From the NCBI GenBank assembly GCA_012295275.1, contig CM022674.1, forward strand, positions 2,046,001 to 2,110,000: a stretch of 64,000 bases of DNA. The letters run 5' to 3'. Made by a program: the position numbers and the translations under genes. The number at the start of each line of letters is the position of its first letter. The stretch's first letter is position 1. Origin of the DNA: Chrysomallon squamiferum (taxonomy: Eukaryota; Animalia; Mollusca). This document shows positions 1-14,470 of the stretch, piece by piece. Below the pieces are notes generated by a model. That model was not told the DNA's origin. It ran no database searches and worked only from the letters and a program-made list of their open reading frames with translations.

Positions 1-672
1 TATACTTTGAACTATTCCATGAAATCAACTTGCATTGAAATAAGCATTTTGCATAGTAATCCAGTAACTAGCCTTTTTAAAATAAAGACTTCGTAACCTA
101 CAGATAGCTATAAAATATGGGCTCTGTAAATAACAGTTTACCACACAGTATGGACTAGTAGCCTTCAGACTATCACAAAATATGGATTTGTTAACCACAA
201 ATTGATCATACTGTGGTCTTGGCCATCACTTAAAAATATGTGATATTACACTACTTTGGGTTTGGCTAAAGTCATCTTGAGTACTGATGTGCATGATTTT
301 CGGTTGAATTTCATAGAGAAAATGAAATGCAGAGACTCATATGTCATATTGAAATGTGATATATGTTGCCTTCCTTAGAACTAATGTTGTCTGCACATTG
401 CTCTATAATCCTAATGGTTCACAAATCGAAGTCTGCACTAGAATTAGGTAATAAGTTATCAGATATTCAGTAGATGTTTATGAGTTAAAAATTAATTTAG
501 TTTTTATGTTTTATATATGTTTGTGAAATGAAACATTTGAGATAAAGACTATTTTTATTTGTTTGTTTGTTTGTTTATTTTGTTTGTTTATTTTTGTTTG
601 TTTATTTATTTTTTGTTTATTTATTTATTTGTTTATTATTTGTTTTGTTTGTTTATTTGTTTGTTTGTTTGT

Positions 673-720
<48 letters not shown>

Positions 721-744
721 TTAATTTAATTTTTTTTTCTCCAG

Positions 745-909
745 TGCTACAGACTATTGCACCCAGTCCTACCACGACCTGGACAGACATGATGTTGACA
801 GCGACACAACCGTGCTGACCTTTGAAGACAAGCGCAGCATCAAGTTCTTTGAACATCAACACACTCGTTACTTCTGGGACTACAGTCTCAACGTATATAA
901 AAAAATAGA
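745..909 (+). CDS. ATP13A3: ATP13A3-like exon (N-terminal domain)
   Basis: ccag|...|gtgagt; [10 protein letters not shown]...[22 protein letters not shown]. Confidence 0.85.
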
Positions 910-2981
910 GTGAGTTTTTTTTAAATTATAGAACACTTAAATGGAATTTTATGTATTAACAAAAATATTCACACAATAATTATTACATAGCATATAAAGT
1001 TATCAAAAATATATAACAGATTTTACATAGCATATTATATTACTAAATTCATAACTTAGATATTACATGGTATATTATGATATATAAAGTATATTGCATT
1101 AGATATTATATAGAATATAATGTTATCGAAAATGTAACATATTAGTTATTGCATACCATATAATGTTATACAAAATTGTATAATATGTATTACACAGCAT
1201 ATAATGTTATTGAAATACAGCATTTTAGTTATAATAAAAAAATATAATACATTGAATATTACATGGCATATAATGTTATAAAAATGTAACATAGTTATTA
1301 CATAGTAATCAGTGATATACAAAATATAAAACAATTATTACATAGCATATATAATCTTATAAAATAATACAACATAATAGATATTATACAAAAATAGTAA
1401 TAATTAAAAAAGGAAAAAAGATTAAAAAAAAGTTTTTAAAATTAAATGTATTATATAATATTACATTTCTTTTAATCAGAATTCATTATTTTAGTTTGTG
1501 TAAATTAATTAAATTTGTATTTATATTATTTTAATTAAGGTTTATTATTATTACTTATTTGTTTTTTTTTTTCACAGGGACCTGTCCAACAATGTCAAAT
1601 GTATCACGATACATGATGAGTATCATGGACTTACAGCTGCTGAACAGAAACAAAAGTAAATTTAATAAATATTTGTCTGTCTGTCTGTCTATTTATATGT
1701 CATCAAATGTATCACGATATGTAATGAGTACCACAGATTCAAAGTACTAAAACTAAACTTAAGAAATATGAATTTGTCTGTCTGTGTGTCTGTCTTTCTA
1801 TCTATCTATCTATCTATCTACCTATCTATAGGTCTATGTAGTAATATAATGTGTCCCAAAGCTAAGAGTTTTATTCAGTTTTTGCATATTCCATATGTAT
1901 CATATCTGTAGTAAAAGCTAAAAGCTGATGGATTAACATCAGTATTTATCCTTGTTAGTCCATGGAGCTCACAGCACTTTCCCTGAATTTTTTAGCTTGT
2001 TTATACAAAAAAATCTGTAATACTCTCCACTGAATAAAATCATAATTAAATCCATATTTTTACATTCATCCACCTTCATTTGACCCAGTCAGTATAATTG
2101 AGAGGCATCTTGTTGTACAGAGAATTTATTATCACTAAAGATTGGTTTCATAGCATTTATTATCACTAAAGATTGGTTTTCTAGTTTTTATTATCGATAA
2201 AGATTGGTTTCCTAGCAACTCAGAACAGTCAGATATGTGATTTTTTTCATCATTATCATCTTCATTTCTTCTTCTTCTTCATTTATTTTTCTTCTTATTA
2301 TTATCATTATCATATGGTAATCTTTGTCTTCTTTCTTCTAATTTTTTTATTTTTAGAAATAATGTTATCGTGTGCAAAAATTGAACACTTTTCTACAGCT
2401 TAATTATCTGATGGATTTTATTTATTTTTTGAATTTTCAGACTTCTTTTACACGGACCAAATTCCATCGATGTTGAAGTGAAAAGTTACTGGCGACTTTT
2501 CATAGAAGAGGTAGTTGTCAACTAGATATTCATAGAACTGAATGAATAATAAAAATAAAAAAATGCATGAATGAATGAATTAATGCTGATTTAAAGAAAT
2601 CGTAGCACATTTTAATATATTAACAAAGATTTTTAGTTTGTTAGTGATAACTGAAAAACAAACTTCTTTGCCAAAATGCAAGTTATTCATACTGGCTTTT
2701 AGAGAACATCAACCTTACAGACTCTATATATAAAGAATTTTCATTCAGTCTCATTCTTTTGCAGAAAATGGCAGCAACCAACTATTCCTTAGACAAAAAT
2801 CATAGAAAAGTCATATTTAGTAGATTGTTATTTTAATTATTATTGTTATTGTTGTATATTAGTATTATCGTTAGTAGTAGTAGTAGTATTCATTTATTGT
2901 TATTATTAATATTACAGTTATTAATATTAATATTATTATTATTAGTACTATTATTATTATTATTATTTATTGTTACTGTAA

Positions 2982-3013
<32 letters not shown>

Positions 3014-3426
3014 TTTATTTATTGTTACTGTAATTGTTATTATTATTATTATTATTTTTATTATTATTATTATTATTATTATGTTTTATTTGCAGGTGCT
3101 GAATCCATTTTACATTTTTCAAGTTGCCAGTATCATTCTGTGGGTGCTGGATGAATATTACTACTACTCAGCAGCCATTTTCTTCATCTCCTTCGTATCC
3201 ATCTCAATATCACTGTATGAAACCAAAAGGGTATAACTGATTTACTATTCTATTTTATAACGTATATTTTATAAAGTCATATCAAAGTAAAAAATAATTA
3301 TGGTGTAGGAACTTGTCTTAACTCTCTTTTTGTGTGTTTGCGTTTGTCTGTCTGTGTTTCTGTCTCTGTCTGTCTGTCTGTCTCTCTCTCTCTTTCTCAC
3401 TTTCTTTCTGTTTATCTGTCTTGTTT

Positions 3427-3471
<45 letters not shown>

Positions 3472-4816
3472 AACCTACTTTTCTCTCTACACAAACACAC
3501 ATACATACAAACATCCACATATATGTAAACAACTGTTATGAAATACTTACATCATTATAAGTGAATTTTATATCTCTGAAAACTAAAAAAAAATCACGTT
3601 TTTTTATTATTATTATTTTTTTTCTACAGCAAAGTGTCACCCTACGTAACATGGTCAGTACTCACACTACTCACTCCACTGTGAGCAGGAATGGGGAGGG
3701 TGAGTTGGTTATTGGTTTTTTCATCGGTCATTTCTCAGCTTAATAATCTTTATTTACTGACTGTAGCATACATACTCACTCTACTGTGAGTGATAATGGA
3801 CACGGTTATTTGGTCATTTTCTATTGGTCAGTATCTTTAAAAACATTTATTTATTAACTGTAGCATATCTACTCACACCCCAAAGTCCACTGTGAGCAGA
3901 AATAGGAAGTGAATTATTTTTTATCGTGTCTTTCAAAACATTATTTACTAACTGTAGCATGTTATCTTTGGAACTGTTTCTTTGTTAGATGTCACATGGT
4001 CAGTTGAAAGTTTATGAAAACTTCCACATTCATTTTTAGAAATATTAATTGTTCACAGTTCTTAGAATGATTGCTACACTGTCTTCAGAAAGATTTAAAA
4101 GTTGGTTATTAAACTCCATTTTAACTTGGCTGCTATAGTAAAAAAAACAAATTCTTGTTTATTATTGTTTTTTATTCTTCCTTCTCATATCCATCCATTC
4201 TCTTTATCTATCTGTCTCTCACACTCTCTGTGTATCCATCCATATTTATTTTTTCTTTCTCTTCTTCCTGATTGTCTCAAGGCCATAACCAACCTTCTTT
4301 CTCTTCAATTTTGAAAATAATAACAATAACAATTAAATTTAGTTATTTCTAAGACTATTAATATTTTTTTTTGGGGGGGGTCTTTCAGTATAAACCGTGG
4401 TAAAAATTCAAATGTAATACTTCAAAATTTGTTTTCCAATATTTTCTTTCTGTTACCAGCTTTTGAAGAGATTTTATCAGAAGAGTTGGTTCCTGGTGAT
4501 CTCATCTCAATTCCAGTTCATGGCTGTGTGATGACGTGCGATGCTGTTCTCATTGCTGGGACGTGCATCGTCAATGAAAGCATGTTAACAGGTAAACAAA
4601 ATTTTAAAATATGTTTTTGTAAACCCAGAAATGATACGTTTTAATAGCAGTCAGATGTTGTCACTGATGTAAGTCTTTTTCTTTATTTTATTTATCTCCT
4701 TTAACCCTCTTTTTTAGCTTTCTCTGTGTTTACTTCCTTTAAAATATATATACATGTATATATTTCTTTATGAATATTTCTCTCTCTCTTTCTATATATA
4801 TATATATATATATATA

Positions 4817-4855
<39 letters not shown>

Positions 4856-7800
4856 GCCTGCTTGTGTTTTTATCTTTCATATTTCTCTTTCTTTGTCTCA
4901 GTCCCTCTCCTCATACACACATACCTACATACACATATATGCATCATACATACATATATACATACAAACATACAGACAGATGTGCATTACATTCATAAAG
5001 ACACACCCATACATGCATCTCTGCTAATTTCACACAGTCACAAAGCAGACATTTACATTTATTTGTCATCTACACAACCACAGCAACATTTAAATAATAA
5101 TAATAATAGCAACAACTAATACTGACAGGTGAGAGTGTACCTGTAACGAAGACACCTCTGTCCCACCAGGAAGATGAAGAGATCTACAACCCCGACCTTC
5201 ACAAACGACACACCCTGTTTGCAGGGACGCACATCGTCCAAACGCGCTACTACGGAACTGTCAAAGTGATGGCTCTTGTAGTCAGAACTGGTGAGTTACG
5301 CGATTTGGCAGAGAGAATGTGAGTACATCACAGCAGTTGAAGTGAGTACTCACATGAATAAATACAACATTGTTAGAATGATACTTTGTTAAGATACTTT
5401 CAAGAGTTTTTTTTATTTCTTACTAGGGAATAGAGGTGCATACTCACTTTATTATGAAATTATTTTTATTAAAATAATATCAGGACATAATGTGTTGTGT
5501 GTGCCAATGCATGAGTGCGTGTGTGTGCGTGCGTGCATGCATGATGTGTGTGTGTGTGCATGCATGCATGAGTGTGTGTGTGTGCGTGAATACGTTTTTG
5601 TATAAAATTGTTAGTACATATGAGTCTGTTTGTGCTTAAAAAGGAAGAAATATTGTTTCTTTTTATGTAAATAAATATATTAAAGCTACACTTGTTATGA
5701 TTTAATGACACTGGGAGTATAAAAATAATAGTCTCTTGTCTGTTTTGTGACATCTGTATTTCAGGGTTCAACACAGCCAAAGGAAGCTTGATTCGTGGAA
5801 TTCTGTTTCCCAAACCACTCGGTTTTAAGTTCTACCAGGATGCAATGAGGTTCATTCTGTTTCTAGCTGTCATTGCTGTCCTTGGCATGGTTTACTCACT
5901 GATTATAGAAATCAGAATGGGTGTAAGTATGTTAGTTTGTTTTTGAAATCACCGTACGTGTGTTAGTGTGTCAGTTCGTTTGAAACCACGTAAGTTGTCG
6001 AATATGTTCTAAAATCAGGAATGTTTGTCAGATTGTTTGTAATTCGTATACTGTTGTATACTTTCCAGCTGGTTATTTTGTTTAATATAATAGGAAACCA
6101 AACTTTGTTAATAATAAAGTATACAGCTTCTTCTATCCATGTGTCTTTACTGTTAATTCACTTAATAAATACTAAGAATTTAAGAAACAAAAAAAATTAT
6201 TATTATTTTTAAACAAATTTAATTAATAGAGGCATTTCTTAAATATACTGTTTCCACTTCTTTCACACTGGATAAATAATTTTATTCTAAAATGTTAGAG
6301 GCAGATTATTTCTATTCCAATAGCATCTCTTTGAATTAGTTCTATCAGATGAATTATTCAAACATTCTTAATTAGTATACGCATCATCAACATGTCAGTT
6401 ATTTGGTTCTATAGAAGTTTATTATTTTTATTTGTTTTTGTATTGCATGCTAATATGTTTACTCCATTTTCTCACTTCAAAATAAAAACGGGAATAATAT
6501 TTTCCAACACTAAATCCTTCTTTGTATTTCTGATTTTAACTACGAGTGATATTTTACTTTAAAAATACATTTTTTTTGTTAACCATATCCAATATATTTT
6601 CCATTTAAGCATACATTATGTATGAAATACACAATATTTTTTACATTAACTGTACATTGTTTATTAAATATATGCAACATTTTGTGTGACAAGTCGAACG
6701 TATAATCGCTGTTTATTAATTCAATTTAAATCTCACTATCTAGGCTTACCCTCAGAAGATTGTGTTGCGATGTTTGGACATCATCACCATCGTTGTCCCT
6801 CCAGCGCTGCCTGCGGCAATGACAGTGGGCACAGTGTACGCCCAGAGTCGGCTGAAAAGCAGTGGAATTTTCTGTATCAGCCCCCCGCGCATCAACTTTT
6901 GTGGAAGAATCAATACGTTCTGCTTTGATAAAGTGAGCTAATAAGTGCATGTCATAGCCTAGAAAGACTGAGTTGTTAGCAGTTTCTAGAAAGACTGAGT
7001 TTTTCAGTGGCGTCTTGGAAAGAATTGGTTATTTGGTTATTTTCTAGACAGGTTGAGTTTTGTTGTAGTCTCTTAGAAAAAACAAGTTTTTTGTGGAAAT
7101 CTTGAAAGATTTGTATTTTCTAGACAGACTGAGTTTGTAGTAGTGTTTAGAGAAGATAGTGTCATATTATTGTTTAGAAAAATAAACAGCATAGAAAATA
7201 CAAATCTGTGATCTAATCTGGAAAGCCTAATTTTTTTATTTTTTTTGTTGTAATAAATCTAGAATAACTGAGTTGACTGTATTTGCTAGAGTTGTGGCAA
7301 CATATAGGTAGCATTTGTATTATAAAAGCATATTTATTTATTTTTATTTCATACATATATTGGTTTTCTTTCTTCTTAATTTTTCGTCATTTTTTTTCCT
7401 AAAAGATTCAGAAATACTGCTAATATCGACGTAGAGGTTTGAAAATTTAAACTGTTTTTTTTTTTGACTTTCAGACCGGGACTCTGACAGAAGATGGGTT
7501 AGACATGTGGGGAGTAGTTCCAGCACTGAATCAATGGTTTGTTCTCTCTTACACTCTGTGTTTTTTCATCACATCAAGTTTATACAGCGTCCAGTCCTAT
7601 ACAGACAGTTACAAAATTAATTTGCAAACACATATATACATATTACTTAATATATGAAACCAGTAGTGGAAAACACACACACTCGAACACATACATACAC
7701 ACAAATGCACTCTGATATTTACACATGACTACACACACACACAAAGTGCATGCATGCATGCATACATACATATGCATACAAACATTCATTCATTCGTTCA

Positions 7801-8307
7801 CTAATTTGTACATGCATGCATACCTAAATGCCTAGATATCATATCTACACATAAACAGACACACTGACTGTGAGACACACACACACACACACATACTCAC
7901 TCATATCCACATACATCAGTGAGAAAAATATCTGTAATAAACACTATAACTGTAACATAACAGTTAAGAAAAACATATTTAGTTATTTGTACATAAAGTG
8001 ATGTAGTATAAATATTTAAAATAATTTTTTGTTTTTTTTTGTTTAGTTTCCAGGAAGCTGTACGTGAAGTCAGACAGCTGGCTCACACTGCTGTTGTAGT
8101 CTGCATGGCAACGTGTCACTCGCTGACGCTGATAGACGGAGAACTGAATGGAGACCCTCTTGACCTCATCATGTTCAACTCCATCGGCTGGGTACAGCAT
8201 CGTTTTCAACTTCCGTATTCGTCTTTTTGTGATTTTGAAATTTTGTTGGTTTGATTTTAGAGCAACGTTTTCATGATATTTCATCATTTACAGTGTTAAA
8301 TGAATAA

Positions 8308-8338
<31 letters not shown>

Positions 8339-11300
8339 ATATTTGTGTGTGTGTATGTGTGAATAAACAAATTAATTAGTAAGCAAACAAATAAATATGT
8401 GATATACACTCACATACAAATACACACTGTTGAATATCTATCATCTGTAGACGTTAATATAATAATAAACTATAACATATAAACACATACACATGCAAAC
8501 ACAGACACATATACATGCATTTTTATTATTTTAATTTGTATACTATATACACAGATACACGTGTGTGTGTGTGTGTGTGTGTATATACAGAGAGAGAGAG
8601 AGAATACGTGTGTTTATGTATATATATATATATATCTATACACACACACACACACATTTAGAATATATGGACTTAAAAATCATCTGATTTGATGGCTTAC
8701 CTTACAATACCTGTTACTACCTGTACTTTTACCTGTAATTAACAATTGTTTTTAATGACAGACCCTTGAAGAGCCAGGTCAGGACACAACAAAGTATGAC
8801 ACTTTGATGCCAACAATTGTGAAACCATGCACAAAAAGATCCTTTCATGAAGACAGTGTATGTGTTTAGTAAAGTTTAATATTGCTTATTTCATCCAGAT
8901 TACAGTCTCAGTTTATTTAAAACTGATAAATGAATACGTATTTATTTATATATATTTTTTATTGTTATTGTATGATATATGAATATGTGAGAACAATGTA
9001 TGCATTTATCTAAGTTTAATATTAGTCTCTTATTTTATCCATTAATCTATTGTAATTTGTTTCAAATTAATAAATTATTATTTATTTATAGATATTTTTT
9101 ATTGTTTCTGTGTAAGTTATGAATATTATTTTGTTTGACACAATTTTTTAATGTCAGAAAGTTTTACAAATTAACTTCTTTAGAAAGGCAAAGGCTATGC
9201 AGTGTATCAAATTAGTTTTATAGTAGACACTGAATAGGTTCAAATCAGGACTGCTGAAGGTTAACATACAAAATACAAAATGTTTTAAAGGATAATATGT
9301 TACAAAATACAGTAAAATGTTTTAAAGGTTAATATGCTACAAAATATAAGAAATAGGTTTAAAGGATAATATGCTACATAATACAAGAAAATCTTTTAAA
9401 GGTTAATATGTTACATAATACAGTAAAATATTTTAAAGGTTAGTATGCTATATAACACAAGAAAATCGTTTTTTTTTTCAGGAGCCTTTTGAAGTGGGTA
9501 TAGTTCGCCAGTTTCCGTTCTCGTCGAGCCTGCAGAGAATGACAGTAATCACACGTACACTGCGCTACAACCACATGGAAGTCTACACGAAGGGAGCTCC
9601 AGAAATGATTGCCTCCCTTTGCGTTCCGGAAACAGGTTCGGTTTACATTTTTTTTTTATGTTTGACGAGCTGAGTTTTCCAGGACAAAATGTTATTTGGT
9701 GTGTGGTTGGTTTTTGATTTGTTTAAATTTTGAATTTAAGACTGAAAGGAAGTAGCCTGAGAATGAAGTCTAGAAATAAAATTTGTTTATTTACTGTTCA
9801 CACATGAATAGCCCTCATGTGGATTTGTAACATACAGGTTATGTACAGTATCATAATCATCTGATTGTTTTGAATAGTATTTTTTATAATTATTTCCACG
9901 AAATAAAGTTCATGATTGAGTGCATTAAATTTTTCTTAAAACTATTTAAGCTAATGAACAAAAAATCAACAGGTTTTGTATTTAAGAATTTCAGACAAGG
10001 ATGCATTTCTTTAGTAATTTTTTTTTTTTTTTTTGCTGACTGGTTTACCAAATTTATATATTTCATTTCTAATAAAATCGCTTTTTTTTTTTTTTCTCAA
10101 ATATACCATTCCTTCATTCAAGTAGAAAACCTTTCTTTATTATTTTTTAATATATTTTTTTTTTGTTTCTTTTGTTTCATTTCAGTGCCTGAAAACTTCC
10201 ATGCCGTCCTACACAAGTATTCTGTGCAGGGATTCAGAGTTATTGCCCTTGCCTATCGATCACTTGATGCAAAAATCACGTGGCATCAGGTTCAGAGAAT
10301 TTCAAGGTAAAATAACAGTTCAAGTTATTTCTTTTGTTTTTAGTGTGTAACTCCATTTTAACGGTAGAAATTAGGACTGTGGTTGAAACAGACCACACAT
10401 ACACACAGAACTGGACAAATCAGAATGATATATAATACTCAAGATTCTGTAATATAACTTGGTATATTATGGGGTTTTTTTTTATTTTGTGACTGCTGTA
10501 GTTCTCACTAAAGATAGAGTAGATGAAATTGGTGACTGCTGTAGTTGTATCTACAGGTAGAGTAGATCAAATTGGTGACTGCTGTAGTTATATCTACAGG
10601 TAGAGTAGATCAAATTGGTGACTGCTGTAGTTGTATCTACAGGTAGAGTAGATCAAATTTGTGACTGCTGTAGTTGTATCTACAGGTAGAGTAGATCAAA
10701 TTTATGATTGCTATAGAGGCAAAAGAAATTATTTGCAAAATTTGAGGGCTGTTAAATATTCTTTTTTAAAAATAAAAAACCCAGTTATAAAACATTTTAT
10801 GCATGTTTCTGATTTTGTTGTGTGTTACAGAGACAAAGTGGAGCGCGACCTGACTTTCCTTGGTCTGTTGATTCTGCAGAACCAGTTAAAACCTCAGACA
10901 GGTCCAGTGATTCGAGCCCTGAAATCTGCTAACATCAGAACCATCATGGTTACAGGTTAGTGTAACCCAAAAATATATAACTAACATAATTAATATGTAA
11001 CATATTGAACTCTGAAATCTGCAGACAACAAAACCATCATGGTTACAGGTTAGTGTAACCCAAAATACAACTAACATAACTAATATGTAACATATTGATC
11101 TCTGAAATCTGAAAAGTTAGTGTAACCATTACTATAACATAATTAATATGTAATAAGGTTGCTGAAAACTAAGTGAGGAAGTATCTGCTTTGATGTGAAT
11201 TTAAGAGATGTTTCCAGAATTTGTTAAGATTTGTAGGATAATGATGCTGAGATATCATTAACAAAAATTAAAAAAGTTAAAATAAGAATGAATGTAGTTA

Positions 11301-12608
11301 GTAACACAAAAAAAATAAAATTCTAATTTTACAATGGCCTTAATCTCTGTTATGTTCTCAGTTTGTGAATTGAAAACAAAAACTGAAAAAATACCTTCAT
11401 GATATATTTTTGTTTCCAGGTGATATTTAAAATCTGAAATACACCTTTCCATGAATATATTTTTTTCCAGATGATTTGACTAAAACTGAAATATACCTTC
11501 ATGATATATATCCAGGTGATAAACTAAATTAAAACACCTTCAAAATAATAATATATTTTTTCAAGAAAACAAATCTGAAAAATAAAATTCATGATATATT
11601 TTTTTTTCCAGGTGATATGACTAAAACTGAAATATACCTTCATGATATATTTTTTTTTCCAGGTTGTATGACTAAATTGATAAACAAAAACTTCAATATA
11701 TATATTTTTTTCAGGTGATATGACTAAATCTGAAATATACCTTCATGATTTTCAGGATATATAACTAAACCTGAAATATAACTTAATGATGTTTCATGTG
11801 ATATAACTAAAGCTGAAATATAACAATGATTTTTCAGGTGATATGACTAAATCTGAAATACACCTTCATGATATATTTTTTTTTTCCAGGTGACATGACT
11901 AAATCTGAAATATACCTTCATGATATATTTTTTTTTCCAGGTGATATAACTAAATCTGAAATATACCTTCATGATATATTTTTTTTCCAGGTGATATAAC
12001 TAAATCTGAAATATACCTTCATGATATATTTTTTTTCCAGGTGATATAACTAAATCTGAAATATACCTTCATGATATATATTTTTTTTCCAAGTGATATA
12101 ACTAAATCTGAAATATACCTTCATGATATTTTTTTTTTTTAGGTGACATGACTAAATCTGAAATATACCTTCATGATATATTTTTTTTTTCCAGGTGACA
12201 TGACTAAATCTGAAATATACCTTCATGATATATTTTTTTTTCCAGGTGATATAACTAAATCTGAAATACACCTTCATGATATATTTTTTTTTTCCAGGTG
12301 ATATCACTAAAACTGAAATATAACTTCATGATTTTCCAGGTGATATAACTAAATCTGAAATACACCTTCATGATATATATTTTTTTTTTTCCAGGTGATA
12401 TGACTCACACAGCTATTAGTGTAGCAAGAAACTGTGGCATGATAGCGTCACATGATCAGGTTTGTATCGTGAATGCGTTTGCACCAGACAAGGACAACTC
12501 CGCTCGCGTCGAGTGGGAATTCGCAGAACTCAACTCAGACATCTCCGACTCTGACCAGTGCGAAGAATCTGAGTCCATCATCGACGACAATGTAAGATTT
12601 GAAAATTT

Positions 12609-12639
<31 letters not shown>

Positions 12640-14111
12640 TAGACTTGGTTAAAATTAACTTTCAGTCAGTGATTGATAGTGAATATTTTTTTGTTTGTGT
12701 GTTTGTTTGTTTTTTTTTAATCAGTATTTAATACTAATTAGGTTTTTTTTTTTTCTTTAGTGCTATTTACTAATAATTTTATTTTTTAGTTTGTTTACTA
12801 ATAATTTTTTTTTCTTTTTTACTAATCAATTTTTTATATTATTTTCTAGTTAATTTTTATTTCACGTAGTTCCGTTCTAATTAATTTTAGTTACTAACTT
12901 GACTTGTAACTGTTTTGAATATTTAACTGTTCTAAGTTTGTTTTTGTTTTGTTCTTTCTGTGTAACCAGTTACATTTTCACTGTAACCATTTAGATCTTC
13001 TTCTCCATCTGTCACCAGATACGTTAACTTATCTTTTTTTTCATTTTGTTTTTTTGTTTAAATTTTTGAATTTTATTATTATTATTATTATTATTATTAT
13101 AATTATTATATTTATGATTATTATTATTATTATTATGATTATGATTAAAATTTATTATTATTATTATAAATTATAATTATTTTTTATTATTCTGTTTAAG
13201 CTTCAACTGTAATGACTTTGAATTTTTAATTCACTTTTGTAACCTGTTTACATCATTATCACAGTGTCCACTTAGATGTCTGTCTGTGTGTGTTTCTGTC
13301 AGTAGTTAGGTTTGTGTCAGTATGTGACATCATGTAAAGTTTATCTAGAGTTTTATTTCTGGCTGATTCAACTTGTACCCACTGCTGGGAATCTAAGACT
13401 GTGTTTTGATGTTCTTTCCTGTTTATGAGAGGGTGCATAAAAAACGATCCACTGCTGCTAATAAGAAAAAAATTGCCGTACAGTTTGTCAGTTTGCTAAA
13501 GATTTCTAATAAATGTGTAGCATCTTCTTTTCTTTTCTTATTCTTCAAGTACACAACTGAGTCTAACATGATTTGTTGTTCTGTTCAGTGTGATGGAAAT
13601 TTTTGTTTTTCAGCCCTGGTAAACTGGATTTATAAAAATATTTCTGTAAACGAGGTGAATTTTGCAAGTAAAAAGACCAAACTGAAACAAAATACACACC
13701 CCAAAAAAAAAAAATAATAATAATAATAAAAAAAATAAACAACAAACCAAAAAAACAACCCAGCTAAAAGAATGAATGCTTTTTCTTAAACTTATTGTTT
13801 GACTGTCAGTTGTCATGGTAGCAGAGGTTTGGTGATAAGAAACAAGTTGTTTTAGAATGTCAGAAAGGTATTTGGACAGTTTGTTCTGACAAAATACATT
13901 CTTTATTATAGTTCATTGTTATAGTTATAAAATTTGTTATTATTGTTTTTGTTATTTATTGTTATTGTTACTGTTTGTTAATAGTTTTTGCATTTTTTGT
14001 TACTTTTTGTTATTGTTAATATTTTGTTTTTGTTGATATTATTATTATTATTATCACTATTATTATTATTATTATTATCACTGTCATTATTATTGTCATT
14101 ATTATTATCAC

Positions 14112-14157
<46 letters not shown>

Positions 14158-14428
14158 TGTCAGACTGTCAGCTTCATGATAAAGTTGTTCTGTTTGACAT
14201 AACAACAGACTAGCTACAACACAAATATTGCTTTTTCTGACTGTTGTTTTTTAATTTATCACAGTCAAATTTTAACTTCAAGAATCCTAAGTTAGATGAG
14301 TTGACCTCATTTTGCTAATTTCTCAAACAACCAGCACACACTGTCCACTAGCTTGTCCACTGTCCACTCTTGACCATGCACTGTCAGATAGTTATTTCAC
14401 ATAAATGTAGACGTAGCTAAATGTACAT

Positions 14429-14470
<42 letters not shown>

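Noticed and set aside
11378-12405. Regularly spaced repeats resembling a CRISPR array (also 35160-36600)
   Set aside because: No unique spacers, head-to-tail units, eukaryotic intron context and no cas genes.
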